A stretch of DNA of 63,997 nucleotides, the filler included, from Stramenopiles sp. TOSAG23-2 (taxonomy: Eukaryota), in the NCBI GenBank assembly GCA_900128395.1. It is 18 parts of 18 records of this genome, joined end to end, with 100 filler letters (N's around TTAATTAATTAA, not from the genome) between each part and the next. Parts side by side here need not be neighbours in the genome. Positions count along the whole stretch, not along the records: positions 10,756 to 14,232 come from LT651194.1; positions 14,333 to 17,802 come from LT651195.1; positions 17,903 to 21,371 come from LT651196.1; positions 21,472 to 24,937 come from LT651197.1; 14 more parts are not named here. One strand, 5' to 3'. A program made the position numbers and the translations under genes. Each line of letters starts with the position of its first letter. Positions within the stretch are counted from its first letter, which is position 1. This document shows, piece by piece, positions 11,273-22,125 of the stretch. Under the pieces are notes generated by a model. The model did not search any database and was not told where the DNA came from. It saw only the letters and a program-made list of their open reading frames with translations.

Positions 11273-13333
11273 TTACAATTCAAAAGTCAAGTTTACGACC
11301 GTTGTCTTTTTCTTAGTAGGCTGTCCATTTTTATCTTTAGCATATTTACTTGCAGCTTTTGTATTTAAACCATTACGAAGTCCTGCAATATATGTATGTA
11401 CTCGTTTTGGATTTGTACCCCTTTCCACTCTTGTTTGAGTGGTTTTTGTTTTTGGTAAATATACTTGTGTTTCTATTTCACGGCGATATGCACTCATATC
11501 AGTTTGCATTGAAGTCGTTTTGCACTTTTTTAAATTTGCTACTTGCAATGCACGACGACGTAATTCCCACTCATTCCATGAATACGATGGGTCAATATTG
11601 CGTTCAATAAAATGTACTGGAGTCTCGTTTGATTTATCTACCATGACAGGAGGCGCATCGGAAAGTAATGGATGCACACCATCTGATTGCGCTTTGTTTG
11701 ATATTAATTGAGTTAAATTGGCTTTTGGGAAATGATCTTGTAAACGTAATAAATGTATCAACTCTGGTGATCTACGCGCAGCATCAAGTATACCATTAAC
11801 ATATCTACCAGGATCTTCTTCAAATGCAGTTAAACCTTCCTCCGATGTAAAGACGTAATAACCACCACGATACCTAATAACACCTAATGCTGGATTACCT
11901 GGTAATAACAATGCATCACGATGTACAACTGTATGTGAGCAATATCCTTGGTATTCCAATGGCAGTTGCATAAATTCCGGAGTCGAATCAATGGATAAAC
12001 GTATTGGCGTCTCATCATTAACATTTTCATCCATCATGCTTGAAACTTTTGGCAATTGATTCGATGGTGATGCAGTTGCATCTTGTTGCTGTGGAGCATT
12101 TTCCTGTACTTTCCCCTCGGTTTTATTTTCTTCATATTTACCTTCAAATCCTTCACCATCATCTCCTTCGCCACCACTAAATGTTGGACGTTCACGTCTT
12201 GAAATGGAATGGTCTCTTGCTGCAATAACCCATTCATCAGTTAAGGATGGCGTAAACGTAGTTTTTAATGCTTCCAATTCTTTCCATGTTGCAACTTTCG
12301 CATTTAACATTTTACGTTCATCTGCTAAATTTAAATATAAATTTGCTAAGATATCAAATTTTGGATATACTTGATCCTTTGGTACGGATGCTCTGGCACC
12401 AACGATAGCTTTTAAATCCGTCATTTCACGAATATAATCACCATTTGTGGATGTAATTTTATCTTGCGCAATCATTGCATCTTCTTGCAAACTTTGCAAG
12501 TTGTATAAATATTGGCGTCTGTTTGTTAACTCATCTTGAAAGCGTTTAATTTGCGCTTCGGATACATCTTCATCTTTTTTCTCAAATAAAAATTGAAGTA
12601 CATCGGTATATTTTTGACATAAAGCAGCCATTTCATTTATCTCACGCCTCAATCCGTTAACAAAGCCACTAGCATCTTGCTTTGATAGCAACGATTCATT
12701 TTCTAAATCAGCGCCACCCTTACCAATTTCTTTATTAAACAAACGTATGCCTAATACAATATTTGCTAACTCTTGCAATTGTGATTCTTTCTCACGTTGT
12801 GTCATACCAATAAACGCTTTTAAACCAATACGTGGGAATACACTTTCTAATGCAGCAGCCACTTCAAGCTCTACGGCATTACTAGGCTGTTTCTCAGCAT
12901 CACGTTGTGCGTGTACCATTAAATATGAAAAAATTTGCCTATACAATATTGTTAAACTTTCAAAGTCACTACTACTTTTTGCTCTTACTTCTACTATCAT
13001 TGCTATTAAATTGTTTAATTTTTTATTTAATATTGCTTTTTTGTCCTCAACTAATCTGGAATGCTCCATGTAAGATAAATCAAACGCTACTTGTATTTTA
13101 ATCGTTTCTAATCCTGGAGAATCTTGAACGCATAACTTCTGCACGCACATATCTACTAAATCTTCAATGTCCGTCTCTGTCATCTCTTGATCCATTTGAA
13201 ACATATCAGCATTTTCATAGATAACAGTACGTGCAATAAAAGCAGCTAATGTTGGTGAGACATCTCCACCGCCAGATACTTTACATTGTTTTATCACTTC
13301 TGAAATAACTTTTTCAATATCATTGTCTGACAT
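11273..13333 (-). CDS. CFAP206: Cilia- and flagella-associated protein 206
   Basis: TLAAFIART, AALESVFP, EL.NIVLGIRLFNK, ELTNRRQY, PLEYQGYC, LLLPGNP, SPELIHLL and TPVHFIERNIDPSYSWNEWELRRRALQ motifs. Confidence 0.95.
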   Translation of the reverse strand: MSDNDIEKVISEVIKQCKVSGGGDVSPTLAAFIARTVIYENADMFQMDQEMTETDIEDLVDMCVQKLCVQDSPGLETIKIQVAFDLSYMEHSRLVEDKKAILNKKLNNLIAMIVEVRAKSSSDFESLTILYRQIFSYLMVHAQRDAEKQPSNAVELEVAAALESVFPRIGLKAFIGMTQREKESQLQELANIVLGIRLFNKEIGKGGADLENESLLSKQDASGFVNGLRREINEMAALCQKYTDVLQFLFEKKDEDVSEAQIKRFQDELTNRRQYLYNLQSLQEDAMIAQDKITSTNGDYIREMTDLKAIVGARASVPKDQVYPKFDILANLYLNLADERKMLNAKVATWKELEALKTTFTPSLTDEWVIAARDHSISRRERPTFSGGEGDDGEGFEGKYEENKTEGKVQENAPQQQDATASPSNQLPKVSSMMDENVNDETPIRLSIDSTPEFMQLPLEYQGYCSHTVVHRDALLLPGNPALGVIRYRGGYYVFTSEEGLTAFEEDPGRYVNGILDAARRSPELIHLLRLQDHFPKANLTQLISNKAQSDGVHPLLSDAPPVMVDKSNETPVHFIERNIDPSYSWNEWELRRRALQVANLKKCKTTSMQTDMSAYRREIETQVYLPKTKTTQTRVERGTNPKRVHTYIAGLRNGLNTKAASKYAKDKNGQPTKKKTTVVNLTFEL

Positions 13334-13942
13334 GATGAATGGTAAATGCGTATGTGTATGAATATATATATATAATAACCTTTACAATATGCTTATATAT
13401 ATATATATAATGTTGTCCCTGTATATTGTTGTATATGTTTGTATTTCTCTTCTCCTCTCTCTTTCGAAGAGTTTGTTTGTATAATAGAATGAATAATTTG
13501 TGTGTTTCTAGTCGTTTTGTTGTTAACGTATTTCTGTATTTCTATAGGAAGATTCTAGCCACAGCAGCCCTGGCACAGCCTGGACAGCCTCTGACCAGCT
13601 GATGTGTGTTCGGTTGTTATGTGAAACGGGCATTGTGCCAATTGGGTTAGTTAGAGTCAGGGTTATTAACTTGGGAGAATTTTAATAGGAGGCATATTTG
13701 ACTTGATAGTATGAGGATATGTACATATACATATATCATAGACACAGCATTAAACCGGTTTGTGCCGCCACATTTTTTTGTAATTTTCAAATTTCTTTTT
13801 AAAAAACACTAGAAGATACTTTCGTAATACGTACGAAATGTAAAAATACAATTATACTCTCCAAATGTTTTACTCCCTTCTCTCCAAGTATCTTTATTAA
13901 GTAGAGACCGTATAAATATGTATATATACAAATATTTCTTTT

Positions 13943-14232
13943 TTAACTATCTTCAAAATCTTGTTCAAATGTTTGTTCAAACGATTGTTGTTGTTGTTGT
14001 TGTTGTTGACCTTGTACAGTTGCACTTGAAATATCTTGACTAAATGGATTGTTATCATCATTATAATTGTTATTCATCATATTTGTACTACCCGTTGTTG
14101 TTGTCGTTGTTGTTGTCGTTGCTGTTGTATTATCATCATCTTCTTCACCCTCGTTGTTATTACTATTGATATTACTATTATTATTCCGTTGTTGTTGTTG
14201 TCGTTTTGCAATTTGACGAAGTCGAACTTTTC
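13943..14232 (-). CDS. Low-complexity (N/Q/D-rich) C-terminus of a hypothetical protein, 5' truncated
   Basis: The minus strand ends ..QQQQQSFEQTFEQDFEDS* at 13943, with trinucleotide coding periodicity up to the contig end. Confidence 0.6.
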
Positions 14233-14332
14233 NNNNNNNNNNNNNNNNNNNNNNNNNNNNNNNNNNNNNNNNNNNNTTAATTAATTAANNNNNNNNNNNN
14301 NNNNNNNNNNNNNNNNNNNNNNNNNNNNNNNN

Positions 14333-17300
14333 TTCGTGAATATCAAAATGTGAGTACAGGATGCAGTGGTTCGCATCCGACATATAGTACTGTATCAACT
14401 GAAAGCCTGGGATACAGTTGCCGTCTGCACAATTAAGTATTATAGAATTTTTAGATACGTAAGAAATGGTCGATGGGTTTAAGTCTTGTGCGATATGCAT
14501 TAGGTAAAGCTCATTCCGGGATTTCTCCAATACCATGTGCTCGTACGTTATGTTTTTTGGGTTGTAGATTATTTGTCGACATCGCTGTTGTCATATAAGG
14601 AACAAGATAGTTTGTTTTATGTCGGCACGATACTTAATTATTTACGTCTCATACTGAGAAAATATAATTTTTTCAAATGCTATTGGTGGAGCTAATTAAA
14701 ACAAAGTATTTGATTGGTATTGGAAAAAGGAACAGTGATTTATGGGTGTGAAAGCTGTGCTCAATGTACAACAAATAGTATCATATTACTAATACTTTGT
14801 GATAGTTGCTTGGTTAATTTTTACAGCGTGGTTACCACCGTTATTTTGGTGACAATGGAAATTGTAGTGTTTTTTATTTGTTTTTTGTCATTTTCTCTTT
14901 TCTCAATGATGTTATTGATAAAAATTATGTAGATGATGAAGAAATTTTATGTATTGTTACACAATGGCTATTGATCTTCATTGATGGTGATTATGTTTGT
15001 TTTTCTAGAAATAATTTTTTAAAACTTGTTTTCGCCGAGAATGACGATTTAGTTAAAATATGATGGAGAGCATGTAGGAAGAAGATGTATAGCAATAGTG
15101 ATATAACGCAATATAGACAATCGTATTTTGAAATGCATCAATCATTTAATGTTGTTACAAAAGGCAATATAGTGATATAATGATAACAAGTCCCATTAGT
15201 TCATGTTTCTGCCTTTTTGGTGTGATACATATCTGGTGTAGTGTGCGGCAATTATTAATTATCCATTATCCAGATGGTGGTTGGTGCTATGATATGTGAT
15301 CTATATGCGTGTTGGTGTTGGGTGTTGGGTGTTGGGTGTATTAATTGGAAAATTTGCCATTTTGTATCTTCGTCTCTGTTTTAAAAAATGAAAAGATACT
15401 TCTTAATTCATAATACGAAAGTAATTTTTTTTATAATTTGAACTTTTAACCATCAATAATACAATCATCATCATTCATCATTATATAATCAAATACAATA
15501 TTCTTATGCATATGATATGTGTTTCCATAATCATTGAAATCATTGCCATTTGCACTTCTTTCCAGCTCCGTCTTTCGCTTTCGTTTCGATATAATAGAAT
15601 AGAAAAGTATACTAATAAGTACAATATATAACTTGGTTTTATATAGGGAAATAAAAAACGACAAGTATTAAGTATGTGTAGTATATGGAAAAATGAACAC
15701 GAAAAACTATAGGCCATTTCGATAAGCGTAGGGGGATACAAAACTTCACTTCAAGCTTTGCTTACGAACGCAGTCCCGAATTTTAATGTATTTTACCATT
15801 AAAACTGGGTATGGCACTATGCTAGATCGTGCGATCTACTATGCTGGTATGGGAGGAGGAAAAAAATGCAAAATATATTAGACTGGGAGGGAAATCCTGG
15901 AAATCCCTTAAAGAATGAAGAAATTGTTGATGAGCCATTCACATCTTCTCCAAGAATCCGGGACTCCAGGAAGAAAGGTGAAAAAAAAGTTGAAAAAGGT
16001 GGTGTTTCGTTGAAGTGGTTGTTGAAAGTTGAATATTGTTATATTTTTTTTATCAGTTGCAGTATATATATACTGCAACTGATAAAAAAAATATAACAAT
16101 ATTCAACTTTCAACAACCACTTCAACGAAACACCACCTTTTTCAACTTTTTTTTCACCTTTCTTCCTGGAGTCCCGGATTCTTGGAGAAGATGTGAATGG
16201 CTCATCAACAATTTCTTCATTCTTTAAGGGATTTCCAGGATTTCCCTCCCAGTCTAATATATTTTGCATTTTTTTCCTCCTCCCATACCAGCATAGTAGA
16301 TCGCACGATCTAGCATAGTGCCATACCCAGTTTTAATGGTAAAATACATTAAAATTCGGGACTGCGTTCGTAAGCAAAGCTTGAAGTGAAGTTTTGTATC
16401 CCCCTACGCTTATCGAAATGGCCTATAGTTTTTCGTGTTCATTTTTCCATATACTACACATACTTAATACTTGTCGTTTTTTATTTCCCTATATAAAACC
16501 AAGTTATATATTGTACTTATTAGTATACTTTTCTATTCTATTATATCGAAACGAAAGCGAAAGACGGAGCTGGAAAGAAGTGCAAATGGCAATGATTTCA
16601 ATGATTATGGAAACACATATCATATGCATAAGAATATTGTATTTGATTATATAATGATGAATGATGATGATTGTATTATTGATGGTTAAAAGTTCAAATT
16701 ATAAAAAAAATTACTTTCGTATTATGAATTAAGAAGTATCTTTTCATTTTTTAAAACAGAGACGAAGATACAAAATGGCAAATTTTCCAATTAATACACC
16801 CAACACCCAACACCCAACACCAACACGCATATAGATCACATATCATAGCACCAACCACCATCTGGATAATGGATAATTAATAATTGCCGCACACTACACC
16901 AGATATGTATCACACCAAAAAGGCAGAAACATGAACTAATGGGACTTGTTATCATTATATCACTATATTGCCTTTTGTAACAACATTAAATGATTGATGC
17001 ATTTCAAAATACGATTGTCTATATTGCGTTATATCACTATTGCTATACATCTTCTTCCTACATGCTCTCCATCATATTTTAACTAAATCGTCATTCTCGG
17101 CGAAAACAAGTTTTAAAAAATTATTTCTAGAAAAACAAACATAATCACCATCAATGAAGATCAATAGCCATTGTGTAACAATACATAAAATTTCTTCATC
17201 ATCTACATAATTTTTATCAATAACATCATTGAGAAAAGAGAAAATGACAAAAAACAAATAAAAAACACTACAATTTCCATTGTCACCAAAATAACGGTGG

Positions 17301-17802
17301 TAACCACGCTGTAAAAATTAACCAAGCAACTATCACAAAGTATTAGTAATATGATACTATTTGTTGTACATTGAGCACAGCTTTCACACCCATAAATCAC
17401 TGTTCCTTTTTCCAATACCAATCAAATACTTTGTTTTAATTAGCTCCACCAATAGCATTTGAAAAAATTATATTTTCTCAGTATGAGACGTAAATAATTA
17501 AGTATCGTGCCGACATAAAACAAACTATCTTGTTCCTTATATGACAACAGCGATGTCGACAAATAATCTACAACCCAAAAAACATAACGTACGAGCACAT
17601 GGTATTGGAGAAATCCCGGAATGAGCTTTACCTAATGCATATCGCACAAGACTTAAACCCATCGACCATTTCTTACGTATCTAAAAATTCTATAATACTT
17701 AATTGTGCAGACGGCAACTGTATCCCAGGCTTTCAGTTGATACAGTACTATATGTCGGATGCGAACCACTGCATCCTGTACTCACATTTTGATATTCACG
17801 AA
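14333..17802. repeat. Whole contig is a perfect 3470-bp palindrome with no spacer, axis at 16067/16068
   Basis: ORFs are mirrored on both strands; the centre reads ..CAGTTGCAGTATATATATACTGCAACTG..; the ends are TTCGTGAATATC and GATATTCACGAA. Confidence 0.97.
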
Positions 17803-17903
17803 NNNNNNNNNNNNNNNNNNNNNNNNNNNNNNNNNNNNNNNNNNNNTTAATTAATTAANNNNNNNNNNNNNNNNNNNNNNNNNNNNNNNNNNNNNNNNNN
17901 NNG

Positions 17904-20417
17904 AGAAATAACAATTTATCAAAAAACTCTCAAAAAGAATTTGAAAAATTGTTAGCCAATCCAAATTTTGACAAAGAAATGTTTCGCCGCTTCTCTAACG
18001 ATATTTTAGAACAAAAAGATGGAAAGAAGAAGCAATTAGATATATTAGAAAAAGAAGATCTAGAGCAACAGGGTAAAGAAGTTGTAAAGCACCTTGAAGG
18101 GTGGGAATCAAATGTTAAACTATCAAATTTTCATGAGAAGGAAAAAAACATGATTGAATCTGGATTCAAATTGGTTTATAAAACGATCCAAGATAGTATT
18201 ATGAATGTACTAAAAAAAAGCAAAGAAAGCAGAATAGGTAGTAATAGCAACAATGCCCAAAAAGCAAACCTAGAAGCAGAATTGAAAAAATACATGAATG
18301 ATGCAGAAGCATGTAGACTAGTTGAAGTTGGTGGATCATTAAAGGAGTATTTAAAGTGCAAAAATGATTTTGAGAAGTTAACAAACGAATTGAAGCAAAT
18401 TACTACTGGTACAAGTTCCAATACCAATATTGCCAAAATTATCAAAGATATTAAAGAGATCCACTTGAAGGATCTTGATGAAAAATTCGCATCTCTTGGT
18501 GTAACTTCTGTTAAAGAACATGATTATATGTTCGATTATTACTTTGGCAATTTAGAAAAGAATATCATTAAAAGCAAGAATCGTTTATTTTACATGTTGA
18601 AGAAAAAACAACAAGCTCTTTTAGATTCTGCTAGAGTAAAAGAATATAAGCTAATTTTACAAGGCAAACAAGCAAAAAGTAAGAATAAGCTAAAAGCAGA
18701 ATTGAAAAAATACATGAATGATGCAGAAGCATGTAGACTAGTTGAAGATGGTGGATCATTAAAGGAGTATTTAAAGTGCAAAGATGATTTTCAGAAGTTA
18801 ACAAACCAATTGAAGCAAATTACTACTGGTACAAGTTCCAATACCAATATTGCCAAAATTATCAAAGATATTAAAGAGATCCACTTGAAGGATCTTGATG
18901 AAAAATTCGCATCTCTTGGTGTAACTTCTGTTAAAGAACATGATTATATGTTCGATTATTACTTTGGCAATTTAGAAAAGAATATCATTAAAAGCAAGAA
19001 TCGTTTATTTTGCATGTTGGAGAAAAAAGTGGCTCATCATGTAGCAAGAGTTAAAGAGAATAATAATGTGATTCTACAATTGAACAGATTGGTCATTAAA
19101 ATTAATGAAAGCATTACTAATGTAGAGCATGCTATAAAGAGGTCAACAAATATTCAAAAGTCTGATAGTTTGTCCAAAACAAAATATGAATTACACCAGC
19201 TACAGCAACAGCATCAGAAAAAGGTTGAACATTTCACAGAAGAATACTTGAGGGAAAGAAAAGACTTTGACACCAAATTTAATGAAATTAAAGAGGAGAT
19301 TCACAAATTAGAAGCAGCACAAAATTTTTATAATGAAAGCAACTTTGAGCTGGAGGAAAATCACAGCTCTAGGGAAATAGGTGTTCTTGAAGCTGATATT
19401 AAACATGAAAAGGAAAAAGCAGCCAAAATGGAAAAAAAACAAGATGAAATTTTCCAATTGTTAAATAAAATTCAGGAGTTTAATGATACGCTACGGGATT
19501 TCCAAACTGAGGTGAAAAACAAGGAGCAAAAGATAAATGAAGCCTTGGCAAATTGCAACAGGGCAGACGCAGATTATAAGAAGAAACAAATGGATTTATC
19601 AGCAGCAGAAAAGGCATCGCAAGAGGTTGTTAATGAAAAATTAACAAAGTACGTTCCAAAATTGTTTGACTCCTCAAAAATCACCCGAATTGAGTTTGCT
19701 CAAATGGATACGCGTAAGGACAATACTGGATCTTGTATTTATATACACAGGCAGGATGAATCAGGGAAAATATATAAATATAGATTATATATGGGATCCT
19801 TGTCAAACAGAAATTCAATGAAAATGATATCAAATTCAGAGTTGAAGTTAGTATCAATTGCAATCCAGCTAGCATTCAGTGATATGTGCAAACAGTATCC
19901 TATTTTACGTTTATATAATCCAGATGCATATCTTGATCCAGCGCATAAACGCATTGTTAGTAAAGTAATTGCAAACTTTATAAATAATCGCAAAAATGAT
20001 CGTCCACCTCAGGTATTTGTTTCATCAAGTGACTTTGAATTTCATCAATTTTTCACAGAAGAATGCAGGAAAGTTTCACCTATTAATGTCTACAAATTTT
20101 CTGGGAATAGCATAAGCAAGCACGAAATAGTTCCCTTAGCACCTGGACACATAGCACCTGGATCCCCGCAACCACAGAATATGATCAGTGCAGATACGCC
20201 TTTAACAGCGCGAGGAGGTAGTGATGGCGCTTCACAAGGGTCACTTTCTATGGAAACTCAGCAGACACAATCTCAACATATTAGGAGCACAACCAATGTC
20301 AGTAAAAGTAGTAAAAACGAACGCAAACGTAAAAGACAGCGTACAAATGATGTTATTGATAACAACAATAAAATGACGAGTCTTAAGAGAAGAAAAAACG
20401 AATCGTTAGAGCTTTAG
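17904..20417 (+). CDS. SMC-like coiled-coil protein with a degenerate C-terminal ABC-ATPase half, 5' truncated
   Basis: Long coiled coil followed by ISNSELKLVSIAIQLAF..YPILRLYNPDAYLDPAHKRIVSKVI..QVFVSS, which aligns by eye with the SMC pattern LSGG.K.LVALALIFA..APFYLFDEID.ALD..QFI.T. Confidence 0.7.
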   Translation, partial: RNNNLSKNSQKEFEKLLANPNFDKEMFRRFSNDILEQKDGKKKQLDILEKEDLEQQGKEVVKHLEGWESNVKLSNFHEKEKNMIESGFKLVYKTIQDSIMNVLKKSKESRIGSNSNNAQKANLEAELKKYMNDAEACRLVEVGGSLKEYLKCKNDFEKLTNELKQITTGTSSNTNIAKIIKDIKEIHLKDLDEKFASLGVTSVKEHDYMFDYYFGNLEKNIIKSKNRLFYMLKKKQQALLDSARVKEYKLILQGKQAKSKNKLKAELKKYMNDAEACRLVEDGGSLKEYLKCKDDFQKLTNQLKQITTGTSSNTNIAKIIKDIKEIHLKDLDEKFASLGVTSVKEHDYMFDYYFGNLEKNIIKSKNRLFCMLEKKVAHHVARVKENNNVILQLNRLVIKINESITNVEHAIKRSTNIQKSDSLSKTKYELHQLQQQHQKKVEHFTEEYLRERKDFDTKFNEIKEEIHKLEAAQNFYNESNFELEENHSSREIGVLEADIKHEKEKAAKMEKKQDEIFQLLNKIQEFNDTLRDFQTEVKNKEQKINEALANCNRADADYKKKQMDLSAAEKASQEVVNEKLTKYVPKLFDSSKITRIEFAQMDTRKDNTGSCIYIHRQDESGKIYKYRLYMGSLSNRNSMKMISNSELKLVSIAIQLAFSDMCKQYPILRLYNPDAYLDPAHKRIVSKVIANFINNRKNDRPPQVFVSSSDFEFHQFFTEECRKVSPINVYKFSGNSISKHEIVPLAPGHIAPGSPQPQNMISADTPLTARGGSDGASQGSLSMETQQTQSQHIRSTTNVSKSSKNERKRKRQRTNDVIDNNNKMTSLKRRKNESLEL
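18274..19028 (+). repeat. In-frame internal duplication (335 bp, period 420 bp)
   Basis: 18274-18608 and 18694-19028 differ at 6 positions. Confidence 0.95.
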
Positions 20418-21471
20418 TGAGAGGTAACTACGTAACTAAACTGTGGTGATCAATACAAGAGCCACATATTAATACATGTTATACAACGCCTAGATCTAGA
20501 ATCTAGAATTGAGTATTGAGCATTAATATTCACGAAATATAATATAATATTATGCATATGCATATGCATTACGTAATAACAAATAATTAGAGAATATACA
20601 AAAATGCATTCAACACATTAGAGAGTGTTATATAATGGTGATAACACTCCATTTAGTTTAAAAAAAAAAAATAAAAAAAATTTACGAAACGGTGTTCGTA
20701 ATATTCAAATATTAAGAACTTAATTGTATTATTATATATAGTGTGATGGTTATAATCTGAACGAACTATTCGTAAGGTTATATGATAATAAATTTTACTT
20801 CCCGTGGTAAATACTATCATACGCTCAATACTCAATCTCAAAATCTAAGGAATAACATTGTTAATCCTCTCAAAATCTAAGAAGAAATTTACTCCCTCGA
20901 TGAAAGTGATGTGAACAGTGTCCACGGGTTTTCCAAAGTTTGATGGTTTTGAATTCCCCAGGAGTGGATTCATATCATAGCAACCATTGTCTTGGATGAC
21001 GATATGACGATATAGGTTGCAAAATGCACAAAATTAGTCCACGAGTTGGTATAACGCGCGTTAAAAGCAAAAAAAAATACGAACAGTATATATATTTTAA
21101 GAGAACATTTTATATATTTTTTGAGTAAGAGAACATTTTATTCGTATATTTTTTTAATATATGAGTAAGAGAACATTTTATATATTTTTTTAAAAAAAAA
21201 ATGTTGAATATTACCAGGGTATGCCATATTTTAACTTCTCACTTCTTACAACTCTCGACTAATAGACTCTAATAAAAAATATCAAATTTCTCCTACAAAC
21301 TTGTGTACCAAATATAATTTATTTCAAATCAATTTCTAATTCATCATCATCATCATCATCATTACGATTAANNNNNNNNNNNNNNNNNNNNNNNNNNNNN
21401 NNNNNNNNNNNNNNNTTAATTAATTAANNNNNNNNNNNNNNNNNNNNNNNNNNNNNNNNNNNNNNNNNNNN

Positions 21472-22125
21472 GCAGCCTCTTCTTCATCTTTCGCTTTTTT
21501 CGCTTCAGCTTCTTCTTTAGCTTTTTTCTCTTCCAATGCTTTTGTTGCAGCAGCAGCCTCTTCTTCATCTTTCGCTTTTTTCGCTTCAGCTTCTTCTTTC
21601 GCTTTTTGCTCTTCCAATGCTTTTGTTGCAGCCTCTTCTTCATCTTTCGCTTTTTTCACTTCAGCTTCTTCTTTAGCTTTTTGCTCTTCCAATGCTTTTG
21701 TTGCAGCAGCAACAGCAGCAGCAGCAGCAGCCTCTTCTTCATCTTTCGCTTTTTTCGCTTCAGCTTCTTCTTTAGCTTTTTGCTCTTCCAATGCTTTTGT
21801 TGCAGCAGCAACAGCAGCAGCAGCAGCAGCCTCTTCTTCATCTTTCGCTTTTTTCGCTTCAGCTTCTTCTTTAGCTTTTTGCTCTTCCAATGCTTTTGTT
21901 GCAGCAGCAACAGCAGCAGCAGCAGCAGCCTCTTCTTCATCTTTCGCTTTTTTCGCTTCAGCTTCTTCTTTAGCTTTTTGCTCTTCCAATGCTTTTGTTG
22001 CAGCAGCAACAGCAGCAGCAGCAGCAGCCTCTTCTTCATCTTTCGCTTTTTTCGCTTCAGCTTCTTCTTTAGCTTTTTTCTCTTCCAATGCTTTTGTTGC
22101 AGCAGCCTCTTCTTCATCTTTCGCT
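21472..22125 (-). repeat. Coding tandem repeat, 75-99-bp units (ATKALEEQKAKEEAEAKKAKDEEEA+)
   Basis: At least seven near-identical units that differ in poly-Ala length. Confidence 0.9.

Noticed and set aside
15311-15338. (TGTTGGG)n as a telomeric repeat
   Set aside because: Only about three copies, internal, and it fits the general micro-duplication pattern.
15866-16269. Overlapping mirror-image ORFs crossing the palindrome axis
   Set aside because: A consequence of the palindrome; no recognisable domain.
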